Of a DNA stretch of 64,000 nt, positions 1 through 12,910 are shown piece by piece (position 1 is the stretch's first letter; every line of letters starts with the position of its first letter). The notes under the pieces are model-generated. The model was not told the origin of the DNA and made no database searches. It saw only the letters and a list, made by a program, of their open reading frames with translations. This DNA is from Gekko japonicus (taxonomy: Eukaryota). The translations under genes were made by a program, and so were the position numbers. Where the stretch lies: NCBI RefSeq assembly GCF_001447785.1, contig NW_015166492.1, positions 196,795 through 260,794 of the forward strand, in the 5' to 3' direction.

Positions 1-1507
1 TTGCGCAGTTAAAAAAACCCAGTTTCCTAGACTGTTTAATAACAGCTTAGTCACTGTACACGTTTGCCTTACATGATGGTTGGCATCGCAAGAGCAAGGG
101 TGGTCTTAGTAATTCTGGGGTCCTGGGCAAAATATCCAGGACACCGCCTCACAATTTCTGCCACCCCACTGCCAGGCCCCCACCCGGGGCCATGCAAGTG
201 GTGGCCCTCACCCTATGTGGGGTGGGAGCCATTCCTACCACCAGAAGTCAACTGCCTGATTCCACAGATGGGGCAGATAGAACCGGCAGCTGGAGCCTGC
301 TCTTCTCCTTTACCTCCCCCCCCGGGGTTGGGGCCGTGGGCATTTGGGTTCCTCAAGTGTGGGTAGGGTTTCCAACCTCCAGGTAATATAGTAAATATGA
401 CATGGAAATATAATTTTCAGTTCACAGCTAAAGAGTACCAGCTATCTGAAGAAGCATAACGTGAACGTGGCAGTGTGGCCACTGTGTGACACAGAGTGTT
501 GGACTGGATGGCCCTTTGGCCTGATCCAACATTGGCATCTCTTATGTTCTTAAGCCAGCCGTGTATAGCTGCACTCACATATGACGTGGAACTATTGTAC
601 TCCTGAAGTATTTTATACAAAGGAATTGTGGACTCTAATTGTATTCTCCCTTTGTATCAAGTACGTTTTGTTCCTAGCTCCGTAAAAAAAGGGGGGGGGG
701 GTTCTTTAACAAAGATTTCAAACTGTTTGAATTGTTTCATACAATATAATTTTTCTGCTTTTGTTCGTAATTCATTCACTGAGTGTCTTTATACAATCTC
801 CTCCCGTGAGCTCTCATTTTTGATATACATCCTCCAGGTGGTGACTGGTGATCTCTTGCTATTACAACTGATCTCCAGGCAACAGAGATCAGCTCACCTG
901 GAGAAAACTGCAACTTTCGAAGGCAGACTCTGTGCCTTGGCATTATACCCCAATGAAGTCCCTCCCCTCCCTCTCAGGCTCCACCCTCCAAATGTCCAGG
1001 TATTTCCCAACCTGGTGCTGGGAACCCTAAGTACGGGGCCAACGGCAGCTGTCCCTGTTGCCCATTGGCTTAGGCCGCCCCCCGTGGATTGCTCTGACAT
1101 GGCTGTTTAGAGACTTTCTTTCTCCCTCTTTTTTCCTTGCGTGCTATATTACTCTGTTCGTCCCCCCCATTTGTGTGGCCTGTTCCAACTTCCTTTTTCC
1201 GCTGCCCCCTTCAATTCACCTGCTCTCTTTTCTTTTTCTCTCTGATTTAAGGAGGGCTGCACCCACCTTAAAAGCAGGGAACAGAGGGAAGCTGACTTTA
1301 GGGGGGGGGACACACATCCCCCCACACATGGATCTAACCCCTCCCACAAATTCTGTCCTAGAGAGGATACCTGGAGGAAGAGGCAAAGATCTGGGAGTTT
1401 TACACTGTGGTTGAAATAACCTCACACAGGGGGAAGCATTTACACAAACAGTCTGATTGCGGGAAAGTGAACAGAATCAAAGATTGTGCTGTCTGAAGTA
1501 CGATAGG

Positions 1508-1841
1508 CAGAGGTCGATTCGGGGGGGATCGCGGGGGATCGCAGTTCCCCCGGGTGAGGGGCGGGGCACACGATGAAGCCCCGCCCCCTGCTTCCGGCCA
1601 CCCCACTTCCAGCCCTCATTCAGCCAGGAGGAGGCAGGAGAAGAGGGAGGGCAAGTTGATTCCCCCCCGCCTCTCCCCACCCCTGCCTGCCTGGGGCCAG
1701 GGAGGGCCTTGGCGGGGCTTCCTCGCACTCCCGCTGGCCTTGCAGGTCCACCGCCGGGCCCCTGATGTCAGGGGGTGTGGCATATGCTAATGAGTTATGC
1801 TAATGAGTTCCCCTAGCTCTTTTTCTACGAAATGACCCCTG
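1508..1841. mobile_element. GC-rich hAT-type MITE (CAGGGGTCATTT-type ends); partial second copy at ~45121-45240
   Basis: Ends CAGAGGTCGATTC / GAAATGACCCCTG, imperfect 8-bp TSD, subterminal ATGCTAATGAG repeats. Confidence 0.6.
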
Positions 1842-2703
1842 ATAATAGGTTGGATCCCCTGGAAGAGTTCACAGAAGGTGTTGGCGGAGTTTATCTTTCC
1901 AAGTGGTCTGCCACTTGTCCTGAAATGCCTCGCCGAAGATCAGGAAAACCTCAAAAGCAAAATGAACCACAGGACTGGGGGGTGCGGTGATAACAGCAAA
2001 ATCAAGCAAAGTCCTTTCCTTTTCTGTCTTCCACAGCAGCTTCTTTTGGTGGATGCAGCCCAATAAGACAAATTCTGCACTCTGCAAAGTGCCCTTCCCT
2101 CACCACTGAGGAGCCGTGTCCATCTGGGCTTATAGGCAGGGAGAGCCTCTAGGCACACCCGAGCTCTGGCACTACTCGTATTATAAATTCATTAAGCACT
2201 ATCTATGGAGACGGTAATTACAGAAAAATAGCTTCAGTTTTAAAGGCCAAGATCCAAAAGAGCCATGCAATTCATTCAGCATGCTGCAGGGAAGCTCCCC
2301 ATAATTCAGCCACATCAACCATGCAACCATTTCTGAAACTGTGGGAGAGAGCTCAGCTTTCTTCCTCTAGGGAGAAGAAAAGAAGTCTGTTCTTCGAAGT
2401 CAAAGTTCCCACTGGCCAGACTTAAAATAGCTCCTTGGATCCCAGGCACAGTTTTAAAATCTGGTTTGCATGGCGTCAGTCACCCAAGCAGATGATAGAG
2501 GAGGTCAGGATAGACTGGCTTCCCACCTGGGCCACAAACCTAGCCTAGCGTTTTCACCTCAGGAATAAAGGGGCCATTTAAGCACAGTTGGTAGGACCAG
2601 ACAGGTCCTGGGGTTCAGAACCCTCAACAGGCCTACCCACTGAGAGAGACATCCAGCTTAAAGACGAACAGCCCTTACTGCAGCAGAACAGTAGCACCTT
2701 ATA

Positions 2704-3025
2704 AGGTGGCTCAGTGGTTAAGATGCTGACCTGCAGACTGGAAGGCCAGTAGTTCAGCAGTTCGAGACCCTAGTGCCACGTGACAGAGTGAGCTCCGGTC
2801 TCTGGTCACAGCTCCTGCCAACCTAGCAGTTCGAAAGCAAGAAATTGCAAGTAGAGAAATACCTTCGGTGGGAGGGTAACAGTGTTCCGTGCACCTCGGT
2901 GTCTAGGGCCACATGACCACAGAGGAGTCTTCAGACAGCACTGGCTCTTCGGCTTGGAAACTGAGAGGAGCACCACCTAGAGTCAGATTCGACTGGCTTT
3001 CGAGCAAGGGAAACCTTTACCTTTA
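2704..3025 (+). mobile_element. Sauria SINE inserted into a Penelope-like remnant
   Basis: tRNA-like head GTGGCTCAGTGGTTAAG, core CCAACCTAGCAGTTCGAAAGCA, (ACCTTT)n tail, TSD TAGCACCTTA. Confidence 0.85.
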
Positions 3026-3561
3026 GCACCTTAGAAACCAACAAGATGTTCGAGGTATAAGCTTTTGAGAGTCAAAGCACCCCTCGTCAGATCTGATGAA
3101 GCGTAGGTTCTTGGAAACTGATACCCTGAAAGTCTCGTTGGTCTCTAAGATGCTACTGGGCTTCAGTCGGATTCTTCCACTGCAGACCAACACGGCTACC
3201 TGCTGAAACCATGTTTTCCAGCATGTGGTTCTTTGACGTTAAGGGGCTTATTTATAAACTAATATTGTTTTAATGCTGATGTATTTTAAAAATTTTGTAC
3301 TGTTTTCTATTTTATTTGGCGATATGCCCTGTTAGCCGCCCTGAGCCTCCGGGGAGGGCGGGATAAAAATATGAATAAATAAATAAATAAATAATATTTC
3401 TCCTACGGTAGCTGATGAAACAAGTTCTGTCCCTTAAAAGCTCATACTTCAATAAATGTTAGTCTTTAAGGTGCCACTGGGCATCTTTACTTTGCTGCAA
3501 TAGGCTAACACGGCTACCCCGTTGGAACTACCAAACTAAGAACCAGAGCTGCCTTTCACCT

Positions 3562-3692
3562 GGATAGCCCAGGCAAGCCCGATCCCATCAGGTCTCGGAA
3601 GCTAAGCAGGGTCGACCCTCGCAAGTACTTGGAAGGGAGTTCATGGAGTACCAGGGCCAGGACGCAGAGGCAGGCAACAGTAATTCACCTCT
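3562..3692 (+). mobile_element. 5S rRNA-derived SINE (5' part; its tail resumes at ~4403-4460)
   Basis: GCCCGATCCCATCAGGTCTCGGAAGCTAAGCAGGGTCG...AGTACTTGGAAGGGAG resembles the 5S internal control region and is followed by a non-5S body shared with other copies. Confidence 0.7.
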
Positions 3693-4402
3693 CTGATGCT
3701 GGATTCTCTGGACTTGGTACTGCCAGGGAACCACAAAAAGTAGCAGAGCGTTCCAGGCTTTAATGCAACAGAGCTGGAGCTGGGTGTGGCAGCAGACTTG
3801 CAAAGTTACACAGAGGCAGCAATCAATTCTCAAACTAATAAAGTAACTTTTAATAAAGGAAATACATGCTGGAGAGTGCGGGTAAGAGACCGATATACAT
3901 TACCTACTCTAACTAGATGGTATTGGGTGCTGGATGCATGTCCAGCCTCCACAGTGCAAGATGGAGAGATCCTGCACATTCTTTTGTGCGTGGGAGAGAG
4001 AGAGAGAGAGAGATGAGAGAGCAGAAACACAGGAAACTGCCCTTAAGAGTACCATCCTACTTCAAAGGAAAGGGTCAGAGAGCAGAAAGGAAAGGATGCT
4101 CTGTGTGTCCTGACCAGTGTTCCCTCTAAGCTGAGTTAGTGTGAGCCAGCTCAGTTTTTTAGCCTCCGGCTCACACATTTTTGTCTTGGCTCAGGAAGGA
4201 GGGCTCCAGAGCAAACGAATTCATGCAGTAGCCAAATTGCTCGCTCACAACTTGAATGCCAGCAGCTCAAAGTAGAATTTTTGTTCCCAGGATTCCACAT
4301 CTTAGAGGGGACATTGGTCCTGACCTCTCTTATCTTTCTAAACTTTGGTCTCATCTCTCAAGTCAGAGACAGGAGATGGGGCAAAGTCCTCCATTTCTAA
4401 CA
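3693..4402. mobile_element. Probable solo LTR splitting the 5S-SINE, itself carrying a MITE
   Basis: TG...CA-bounded unique insert that interrupts a SINE; TSD only imperfect. Confidence 0.4.
4115..4316 (+). mobile_element. hAT MITE family A (~205 bp)
   Basis: TIR CAGTGTTCCCTCTAAG; 8-bp TSD GTCCTGAC. Confidence 0.9.
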
Positions 4403-7400
4403 TCTGCAATGTCCAAGCCCTACTAGGGGTCACCAGAAGTCAACCATGATTTGCAGGCGCACGTACAGACACACATGCAAAATACTCCCCCCCCCAAAAA
4501 AGAGAGAACCAGAGCTACCATATAGGCTACTTTTGGGCACAGAGATGGGTTTTGAAGGGATTGCTGGTGTGGTATAATCGTGGCAGCATTTGACTGGGAC
4601 TCAGAAGACCCAGGTTCAAACCCCTACTCCGTCATGGAAGCTCGCTGGGTGACCTTGGGCCAGTCACAACCTGTCAGCCTACCCCTACTTCACAGGCAGA
4701 TTTGAGTCCAGTAGCACCTTGGAGACCAACACAATTTTAGGGGTCGAGGTCTCAAGAGTCAAAGCTCCCTGCCGGCCTTGAAAGTACCACTGCAGCCCAG
4801 CACGGCTGCCCCACTGAAACCACTTCACAAGGGTGTGGTGAGGATAAAACCGGGGATGGGAGAGTCACGCTCGCTGCCTTGAGTTCCTTGGAGGGCAGGC
4901 AGGGGAGAATGTATTTGACCATTCATAAATTGGTCTATCAATAGCCATGAGTCACAATAATGTAAATAAAAAAATCTAAATGGAATCTCGACGGAAGCTG
5001 GATACTGGAGAGGGAGGACGGAGCCTGTCTGCCTTCCTGCAAGCCTCCCAGAAGCAGGATGCCGGAGCAGCCTGACTTTTGGCCTGAGCCACCAGGGCTC
5101 TTCTTACCTTCACTGCATCCACACAGGCTGCCTGATTGGCAGCTGGGTCAGACCCTGGAGAAAGAGGCCAGGGGCTGCTTCTCACCGTGCAAGCTACCCC
5201 ACTGGCCATGCCTCCGTTTCCTCCCACCTCGACAGAGATAAAAGGTCCTCCCAGGCCAAGTTGCTGGGAGGATCTCCCCCCCTGCGCCCCCCTGAAACAA
5301 ACAAACCTGGAACCCTCCCCCATGTTAAGCTCACACATTCCCCTGCCTGCAGAAGCACCACCTGCCTTCGCCAGCCTGGAAGATAAAGTTGTTTATACAT
5401 GATTAGGTTTCATGGGTGTGCACCGGCCTCTCCCCTCCCAAGGAGGAGGGAGATCTTTATGGCAGCCACCACCTGTCCAGGCATCCATTTGCTCTATAAA
5501 AAGCTGTCTAAGAGGGGACGGGGGAAAGAAGAGGGCCCACCTGGGAAAGAAAAAAAGACTAATTATTTACAGATACAAAGTTTCCACCTGTGCATTACAC
5601 ACATGGTGTTTATCATCCATGCAGGCCCGTAGCTACAGTGGGGCATTTCGGGGCCTGGCCCCCTGACTTCCTGCCAAGGCCCCGACTTCCATGCAGCCCC
5701 CAGGCCCCTCAACTCTCCGGGCCACCTGGAGGACTCCCCACCACCACCCCTTCCCCAAGCGCAGCTTGCTTCCCCACATAGGCAAGCAGACTGCGAATGC
5801 TACGAAAGTGAGTTTAAAATTTTTTATTATTTTATTTTGTGACATCAGTGCCCCCCGACTTATTTAAAGGCCCTGCATCCATGTATTACCAAACAGTGCA
5901 GAAAGCTAGCGTAATGTGGTGATTAAGAGTGTTGGACTAGTATCTGGAAGACCCAGGGTTTGAATCCCCACTTGTGCCATGGAAGCCTGCTGGGTGACCT
6001 TGGGTCAGTTGCACTCTCTCTGCCTAACCTACCTCACAGGGTTGTGGTAAGGATAAAATGGAGGAGAGGAGAATGCTGTAAGCCGCTTTGGGGGCCCATT
6101 GAGGGAGAAAGGCAGGATACGAAAGGGAGGGAGGAACGAGCTGTAAAAATCCTCTCCATATTTCTAAGGAAGGCACACTGCTTACCACAGCATGGTAAGT
6201 CTTATACTGATTTGTATTGTATTGCTTTCTTGTTTTGTAACCCCCCTTGAGTCTCAATGGGAAAGGTGGACTACAAACACAGTAACAATGAAAGATTCAA
6301 GGCCTGCCTGTGTAGCCAGGTAAGCACCACATCAAAAGCCTCATTCATGCCGCACGCAGCCACCTTGTCACATGCTAGGAGAAAGCATCAGAGCTGAGCT
6401 ATGCAAACAGACTGATCGAGCAGCTCTTGCTGGACTGTACCAAGTCACACTGCAAGGCAGGGATCCCAGAACTTCATGTTTCCCCCCATCTAAGTGTGGT
6501 GTAGTCAAGACTGATTTGGCGGTTAGAATGTCAGACTAGGATCTGGAAGACCCAGATTTGAATCCCCACTCTGCCACAGAAGCTTGCTGGGTGACCTGGG
6601 GACACTCTCAGCCTAACCCTACCTCACAGGGTTGTTGTTGCGAAGTTAAATGGAGGAGGAGGAAAACAGCGTAAAATGCTTTGGGTCCCCATCAGGGAAG
6701 CACATAAATATATAATAAAACATGAACAGCTCCCTGCAGCATAGAAAGCTAGTGTGTCAAGGAGAAGGCAGTTTCCTCCCTGACACCTCAAGCTTTCTAC
6801 GTTCAGGGAGTGGTGTGTGTGGTTTTTTAAAAATGTGCAGTGGGGCATTTAAACACGCAGAGGCTTCCACAGCCTGGCAAGAGCCACTCCATGCAAATCA
6901 GCCCGACATGTAGCTCGGTTCACAGCACGTCCGTCCAACTTTCTTCTTCTGCAACAAGGAACTGGCAGACAGGCAGCTGCTTACAGTAATCCCTCCTCCT
7001 GAACCCATGCGACAGGCAGGAACTGCCGCACCTACACACTGTGCTCAATTTCTACCACAAGTGGCACAGCACGAAGACAACTTCCTTGCACCGGGAAACC
7101 TGCCTCCCCTCTGAGCCTCCTGATGTCTACAGTAACATCATGGTGTTCTCACTGAGCTCTGGGGAACCCTGGGGCTAACCAAAACGTTTCAGGGGCTTCT
7201 CAGAGAGAAGGAAAGCATGTCCATTATTAGCAATCGTCCTCTGCTATGCGCAGCTCCTGCAGTGAGACAGCGAGGCCTGATTAGCCCTTGCTTGGGTCAT
7301 ACTGTGGAATGCTTCCCAGAATCCTCTGCAATGGGCAATGGGCCTCGAGGCAAACAATCAGTGGGGTTCTTAGCAGGCCATCTGAGAAGGGGTCCCTGAA

Positions 7401-8870
7401 GACTGGAGAGTATGAAAAACAAAATGTCCGAGGGGAAAGTGCATTGCACATGGATAAGGGGCTCTCTTCTCTGAGAGCTTGTGCCTCTCCCCCACCACCA
7501 CCACTTTGCGCACAGTACAGAGCCCGCGTCAGACAGGTGCTCATTCCCCCATGACCGAGTGGAAGGCAGGAGCCCTGCCAACCAGGAAGTGCGCGTAAGG
7601 AACAACAGGTGTTTTGTTTTGCTCTGCTCTCCCTGGCTGCGCATGGGGGACCGGCTGGCCAACGCCCACATCTCAGACGCCAAGCCACAGGGGCAAAGAA
7701 CCTGGCCTCCGCCTCCCAGGCCGAAAACTGCAGAGGCCTCAGCTTCAAACGGCAGCCTGGAAAGCCAAAGGAATTCCCCAGAGTGCCTTCCTTCTCAGAT
7801 TCCCTGCTTCGGGTGGATTGGAGTGTACAAAAGATGTTATTTCCAAAAGAAACTCTGGACACAGCCAGGCTGAGAAATGCAAACAATCCAATAAGCGCCT
7901 GGTATGTGGAAGCCAGGGAAGGGGTCAGGAGAAGATCAACTCTGCAGAAGCTCAGGTTGATCCCCGAGGATCTTGGGGCCCTGGGAGAATGAAAGGCACA
8001 TTGCTCAGTGGCAGAGCAAATGCTTCGCACGCAGGAGGCCCCAGGTTCCCTCTGTAGCATCTTCTTTTAAAGAAGCTCAAATAACAGGACTGGGGGAAAG
8101 CCTCCGCCTCGGGCTCTTGGAGAACTGGAGAAGGTCCATAGCTCAGCACTGACAAGAGTGAGTGCAGTAAAGTCCCAAGTTCAACAAGCGTAAGAAAGCA
8201 TTTCCCTGTGCCCTTTTAAACTGCTGTGGTGACGTCATCCCTGGCTCTTGTTAAAAACAGAATCCTAAAAACAAAACACAATCCACATCACACTTTTTAT
8301 TAGGATCAACCAAAAGAACACGAGCTTTTTTGAATTCACCAGTCGCCTTCGGCGGGCTGGATATTGCAAAATAGAAAGGGAGGGGAGGGAAGGAAAAAAT
8401 AAAAATATTTCAGGCTTTCGCAGTTTTAAGGCCCGTTCTCGCCAGAATTACTGTGTTTAATGCTCCTAAGCAAGTAGATAGAAAGTGGTATTGCTGGTGT
8501 CAGGTTGCACCTTGGTTTCTGTGAGGAAGAAAAAGAGAAGGAATGGTGCCTCTTGACTGAAATGACAAAAAGGCCAGAAATTTTCCTTGTATCTCTCTAA
8601 GACCAAGGGAGATTCAGGTTTAAGTGTAGGATGAAAAGGAGTCTGTGTGTTTTGTGACCACTAGCAATGGCTGGGTATCTGCAACCTCTCTTTCCAAAAA
8701 GCATTCTGTGTTCATTAATCCAGAACTCCCTCCCCCTTGTTTCTGTACTCACAACTGCCAAAATGGATCAGAGTCTCCCGTTCTCAGAGAGCACATTATT
8801 TAGCCAGAGGATAGCCTTCCAACATGATATGGCTGAAGCTGACAGCAAGATAGATTCAGGGGGTAAAAAC

Positions 8871-9076
8871 CAGTGTTCCCTCTAAGCTGAGTTAGTGTGA
8901 GCTAGCTCACAGTTTTTTAGCCTCCGGCTCACACATTTTTGTCCTAGCTCAGGAAGGAGGGCTCCAGAGCAGACTAATGTATGCAGCAGCCAAATCGCTC
9001 GCTCACAACTTTAATGCCGGTAGCTCACAAAGTAGAATTTTTGCTCACAAGACTCCACAGCTTAGTGGGAACATTG
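8871..9076 (+). mobile_element. hAT MITE family A
   Basis: Same TIRs; 8-bp TSD GTAAAAAC. Confidence 0.9.
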
Positions 9077-10315
9077 GTAAAAACAGATGGGTAACAAAAA
9101 TGGTATCTCTCTGGACTGATTACAGGCATTTCCTCAAGCTGACACAGGTAATACCTAACAGTAAAGGGTTTCAGTCCCTATGCTGAGAACAATCTAAGTT
9201 GCTTCTTGTGCACAGGGGTGACGCAGGACACTTCATCAGGATGACACGAATTCTATGCAACTCAAACACTTGCAAATTCCTAACACACCATTTTCTTCTC
9301 CCGTGGTTGATCTCAAATAAACTCCTGCAATGTCTCTTTCATCCAACTAATGCTGGAAAATCCACATGACAAATCTACTGATTCAATGGAAGTTGCTTAG
9401 AACCAAACAGAAATAACATTTGAAGACTACTACTAGTATTTCAATGGTAGTAATTCCAGAGGAGTAGCTGTGTTTGTCTACTGCAACAAGAATAAACAGG
9501 AGTCTGGGGACACCTGAAAGGCCAACAAGTTTTTATTCTAGCATCAGCTTTCAGAGACTTCAGCCCGATTTGTTCCCGTCCTACAGAAATTTATGCTAGA
9601 ATAAAACAGGTTCATCTTCGAGATGCCACTGGACTCTAGGTTATCTCTGCAAGCTTCTGAGTAACATACGGCTCTTTGTCAGGCAGTGAGTGACTGCCGC
9701 AAATCCTTTCCCAAGCTTAGCCCAGCTGCCTCTGTTATGCTGCATTGTTAAACAAAGCAATCCGAACAAACTCCAAGGGCGCACCTCTAAGACAGCTGCT
9801 AAGGGCCAATTGCCTCCTTACTTTTTTGGGTGCCTTCTAACACATATTTCAGGCTTCCACTGCAGAATCTAGGGGGCAGGAGCCCATGTTCCCTCTAAGC
9901 TGTGGAGCCCGGTGAGCAAAAGCTATCCCAGACGAACCAGGAATGGCACAAGCTTGCATGTATTTGATGGAATCATTCTGATGTCATTGAGAACCATCCC
10001 AGCTGAACCCCATTCCCCCCTTCTCTGTCCCTCTGACACGGCTCTGCTCCAAAAAGCCTCGTTCCCGCACCATCCCCCCCCTCTCCAAAGCTTGTCTCGT
10101 ACATTAATTACCCATCTGCCACGTTGGCATTCACAACCTCTTCCACCACCCCCACTCCAAACACCTGTCTCGTCTTGCTAGTTTTCATCACAGCCCTTCC
10201 TCGCTCAGGTGCTCAGCATGCCCCACTGCTACAAACCAGACCCCTCTACTCCCAAACTAACCCCCACTTCTCACAGTCCCCCACACAACCCCATATCACC
10301 CTTCTCCTATGTAGC

Positions 10316-10600
10316 CTCCACATTCTGCCGCTTACACTCCCTCTCATCAGCAGCACCCTAGAGGCTTTTCTTCTTGGCTTGAGTCCCTAGATCCCATCTC
10401 ATCCGAAATCCTATTGCTCCAGGGGAGAATGATGCACCCCACTGATCCTCACATTCTGCCGCTTACACTCCCTCTCATCACTTACACTCCCTCTCATCGG
10501 CAGCACCCTAGAGACTTTTCTTTTTGGCTTGAGTCCCTAGTTCCCATTTCATCCGAAATCCTATTGATCCGGGGGAGAATGATGCACCCCACTGATCCTC
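10316..10600. repeat. Local tandem duplication (~130-150 bp unit, 2 copies)
   Basis: CACATTCTGCCGCTTACACTCCCTCTCATC...GGGGAGAATGATGCACCCCACTGATCCTC occurs twice. Confidence 0.8.
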
Positions 10601-10947
10601 TCCCCACTCCCTCTTGGAAGTTCCCTCTGAAGCGCCTTCTTCCTCTCCCCACATTGACCTACTGCTGCCATTTCACTTACACGTATACATAAAACCCATT
10701 TAAACACTTCCAAACCTGGGATTCACTCATTTTTATCTTGTGTGATCTACTTAGGTTGGTTGTGGGTTGTTGTTGTTTTTTTAATCAGACTCCCTCACCA
10801 TCCACTGCTTCATTTTATATTTATCAGCCAAGAATGCAGACCCAAGGTCTTGTAAGGGTTGAGGCTTGACTAGCCTGCGTTAAACAATCTCACTTCCAAA
10901 CATAACCCATCCTAGCAAAACTTACAGAATGAACACACTTTCTGAAC

Positions 10948-11117
10948 AAAGTGCGAGTCTGGTAGCACCTTTTAAGACCAACAAAGTTTTGTTCAAGGTA
11001 TAAGCTTTTGTCTGCAAGCACACTTCACTGTATCTGAAAAAGTGTGCTTCTGCAAAAAAAGCTCATACCTTGAATAAAACTTTGTTGGTCTTAAAGGTGC
11101 TGCTGGACTCAGACTTT
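10948..11117. mobile_element. Palindromic Penelope-like remnant
   Basis: Inverted arms GAGTCTGGTAGCACCTTTTAAGACCAACAAAGTTTT / AAAACTTTGTTGGTCTTAAAGGTGCTGCTGGACTC. Related copies at ~3025-3200, 3410-3530, 9460-9645 and 54056-54393. Confidence 0.6.
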
Positions 11118-11213
11118 GTTCTGCTGCTTTGACATTTTCTTTCTGCTATTTACCTTCATTATCTTCCCCCTCCTGCTGCAAGCACCCCAGCACCACCCTA
11201 GTGAGATTGTAAT

Positions 11214-11420
11214 CAATGCTTCCCTCTAAGCTGTGGAGTCTTGTGAGCAAAAATTCTACTTTGTGAGCTACTGACGTTAAAGTTGTGAGCGAGCGATTTG
11301 GCTACTGCATAAATTACTTTGCTCTGGAGCCATCCTTCCTGAGCTAAGGCAAAAATCTGTGAGCTGGAGGCTAAAACACTGTGACCTAGCTCACACTAAC
11401 TCAGCTTAGAGGGAACACTG
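11214..11420 (-). mobile_element. hAT MITE family A
   Basis: Reverse copy; TSD ATTGTAAT/ATTGCAAT. Confidence 0.9.
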
Positions 11421-12049
11421 ATTGCAATGTCCCTGGGGCAGGGACTGCTTTTCTTGCTTGTTATACTGCAAGGCATCCTACCCAACTCATAACAACATAT
11501 GGCATTATAGCTCTTTACCACAAAATTCATTCCAGCATGAGCTTTTGTGAGATTAACCAGTGGTCCGCTGTTAAAAAATCACAGTCTTTACTCACTTAAT
11601 GGATGCCCCACTGGTCTTCCCCAAGATTCTCGCATTCTCCACTTTATCCTCACAACAACCCTGTGTGGTAAATTAGGCGGATAATATGGGACTCACTCCT
11701 GGTCACCCAGCAAGCTTCCATGGACAGAGAGGAGATTTGAATCTGGGTTTTACAAATCCTAGTCTGACACTAACCACTCCACCACACCACCCCAGCTCCA
11801 CTTTCTGCTCTCTAGGCTAAGGGTGGGCTGGCCTCAGTCTTGCCTGGCACACTGTACTGAAAAGGCTAAAATCCCCCAGGAGCCACTGACCTGCTTCCAA
11901 CATAATCAACCCAAGGATACCTCCTGGAGATCCCTAAACAATTATTGATTATTAAGCCGTCTATCGTCCATCTGCCTTCCTCACTGAGACTCAATGTAAT
12001 GAGATCTTGAGTACTTTGAGCCAGAAATCATAGGAAACCACCTTGCTGG

Positions 12050-12910
12050 ATCAGACCAAGAGCCACGGAGCCCAGCACCGCTGGCAAGAACCCCAAACTC
12101 ACCAGAACACTAGCCATTGTCTTCCTTCTGCTCGCCCACGCTTGATGCCGCGGCGTCTCCCAGCCCGCCGACCCCCTTCTTCTCTCCCCCCCCTCCCGCC
12201 TCACCTGTTGCCGGTCTCCATCTTTCTGGCGGCGCTCCAGGGCGCGCTCCACCGCCTCCCTTTGCGTTTCGCGCAGAAGATCCAGCTCCAAAAGCCCCGC
12301 GAGGCTGGCTTGGAGGCGCTCCCCAATGCGGAGCCGCTCGTTGCCGGACCACAGCGAGGGAGGCACGGCTCTGCGGGCCATGACCCTCCCGGGATGGGGG
12401 TCCGCTCCCCCCACCTCCTGCCTCTCGGAGAGAGGAGGCTGCATGCGCCTCGGGGGAGCGCAGGCAGCTGCCGGCAAGCTACCCTTGGAGGACTCTCCGT
12501 AAAGAGAACCCGGAGGAAAAGCGGGCCGGGGGAGGCACCTCGACAGATTCCGTACAATGCCGAAGACCGCGTTGCCGGTACGGAAAAGGCGCCTCCGAGC
12601 CCCGACTTCTGCAACTCTCCGCCTGGGCAAGAAGAAAACAGCACTTCAGACAAAGGGGACGGGTTTGAAAGAGTCACGTGGAGACAGGTTCTCTTCCCCC
12701 CTCTGCCCAGTTCCCCGGTTTCTGATTGGCTCAGGCTAGATAAAACAAAACATTCTTAAAGAGCGAAATTCCCTACAAAACAGAGCGAGCGAGCTAATAA
12801 ACCAGATGGCCTTGACATTCCAGGGTCGTTTCATTTGAGCCGCTTTCTAAACGTGGGTTTTTAAATAAATAAATATAAATATATATATCTTCAAGGGGCT
12901 GATTCAAAGA
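12050..12910. promoter_or_regulatory. CpG island and DACT promoter, with E-box GTCACGTG (12673-12680), CCAAT box (ATTGG 12725-12729) and TCF/LEF-like TTCAAAG (12903-12909)
   Basis: High CpG/GC density around and upstream of the DACT start codon. Motifs read directly from sequence; function untested. Confidence 0.6.
12205..12381 (-). CDS. DACT4: Dapper/DACT-family gene, first coding exon (probably DACT4); later exons not found in window
   Basis: ATG at 12381 gives MARRAVPPSLWSGNERLRIGERLQASLAGLLELDLLRETQREAVERALERRQKDGDRQQ, matching the Dapper N-terminal motif (ERL-x-A-x-LAGL-x-EL-xx-LR-xx-Q). Ends at a strong CAG|GTGAGG donor, phase 0, inside a CpG island. The DACT4 paralog call is inferred from synteny with ZBTB3. 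Confidence 0.8.

Noticed and set aside
3562-3650. 5S rRNA gene (also ~55590, ~56185)
   Set aside because: Partial, diverged and fused to a shared non-rRNA body; these are SINE heads.
7281-8155. Long overlapping ORFs as possible DACT downstream exons
   Set aside because: No Dapper motifs (e.g. DSRPSSG) and no convincing splice pair.
12043-12759. 238-aa plus-strand ORF and other overlapping ORFs in the CpG island
   Set aside because: Stop-poor GC-rich sequence antisense to the DACT exon; no recognisable domain.
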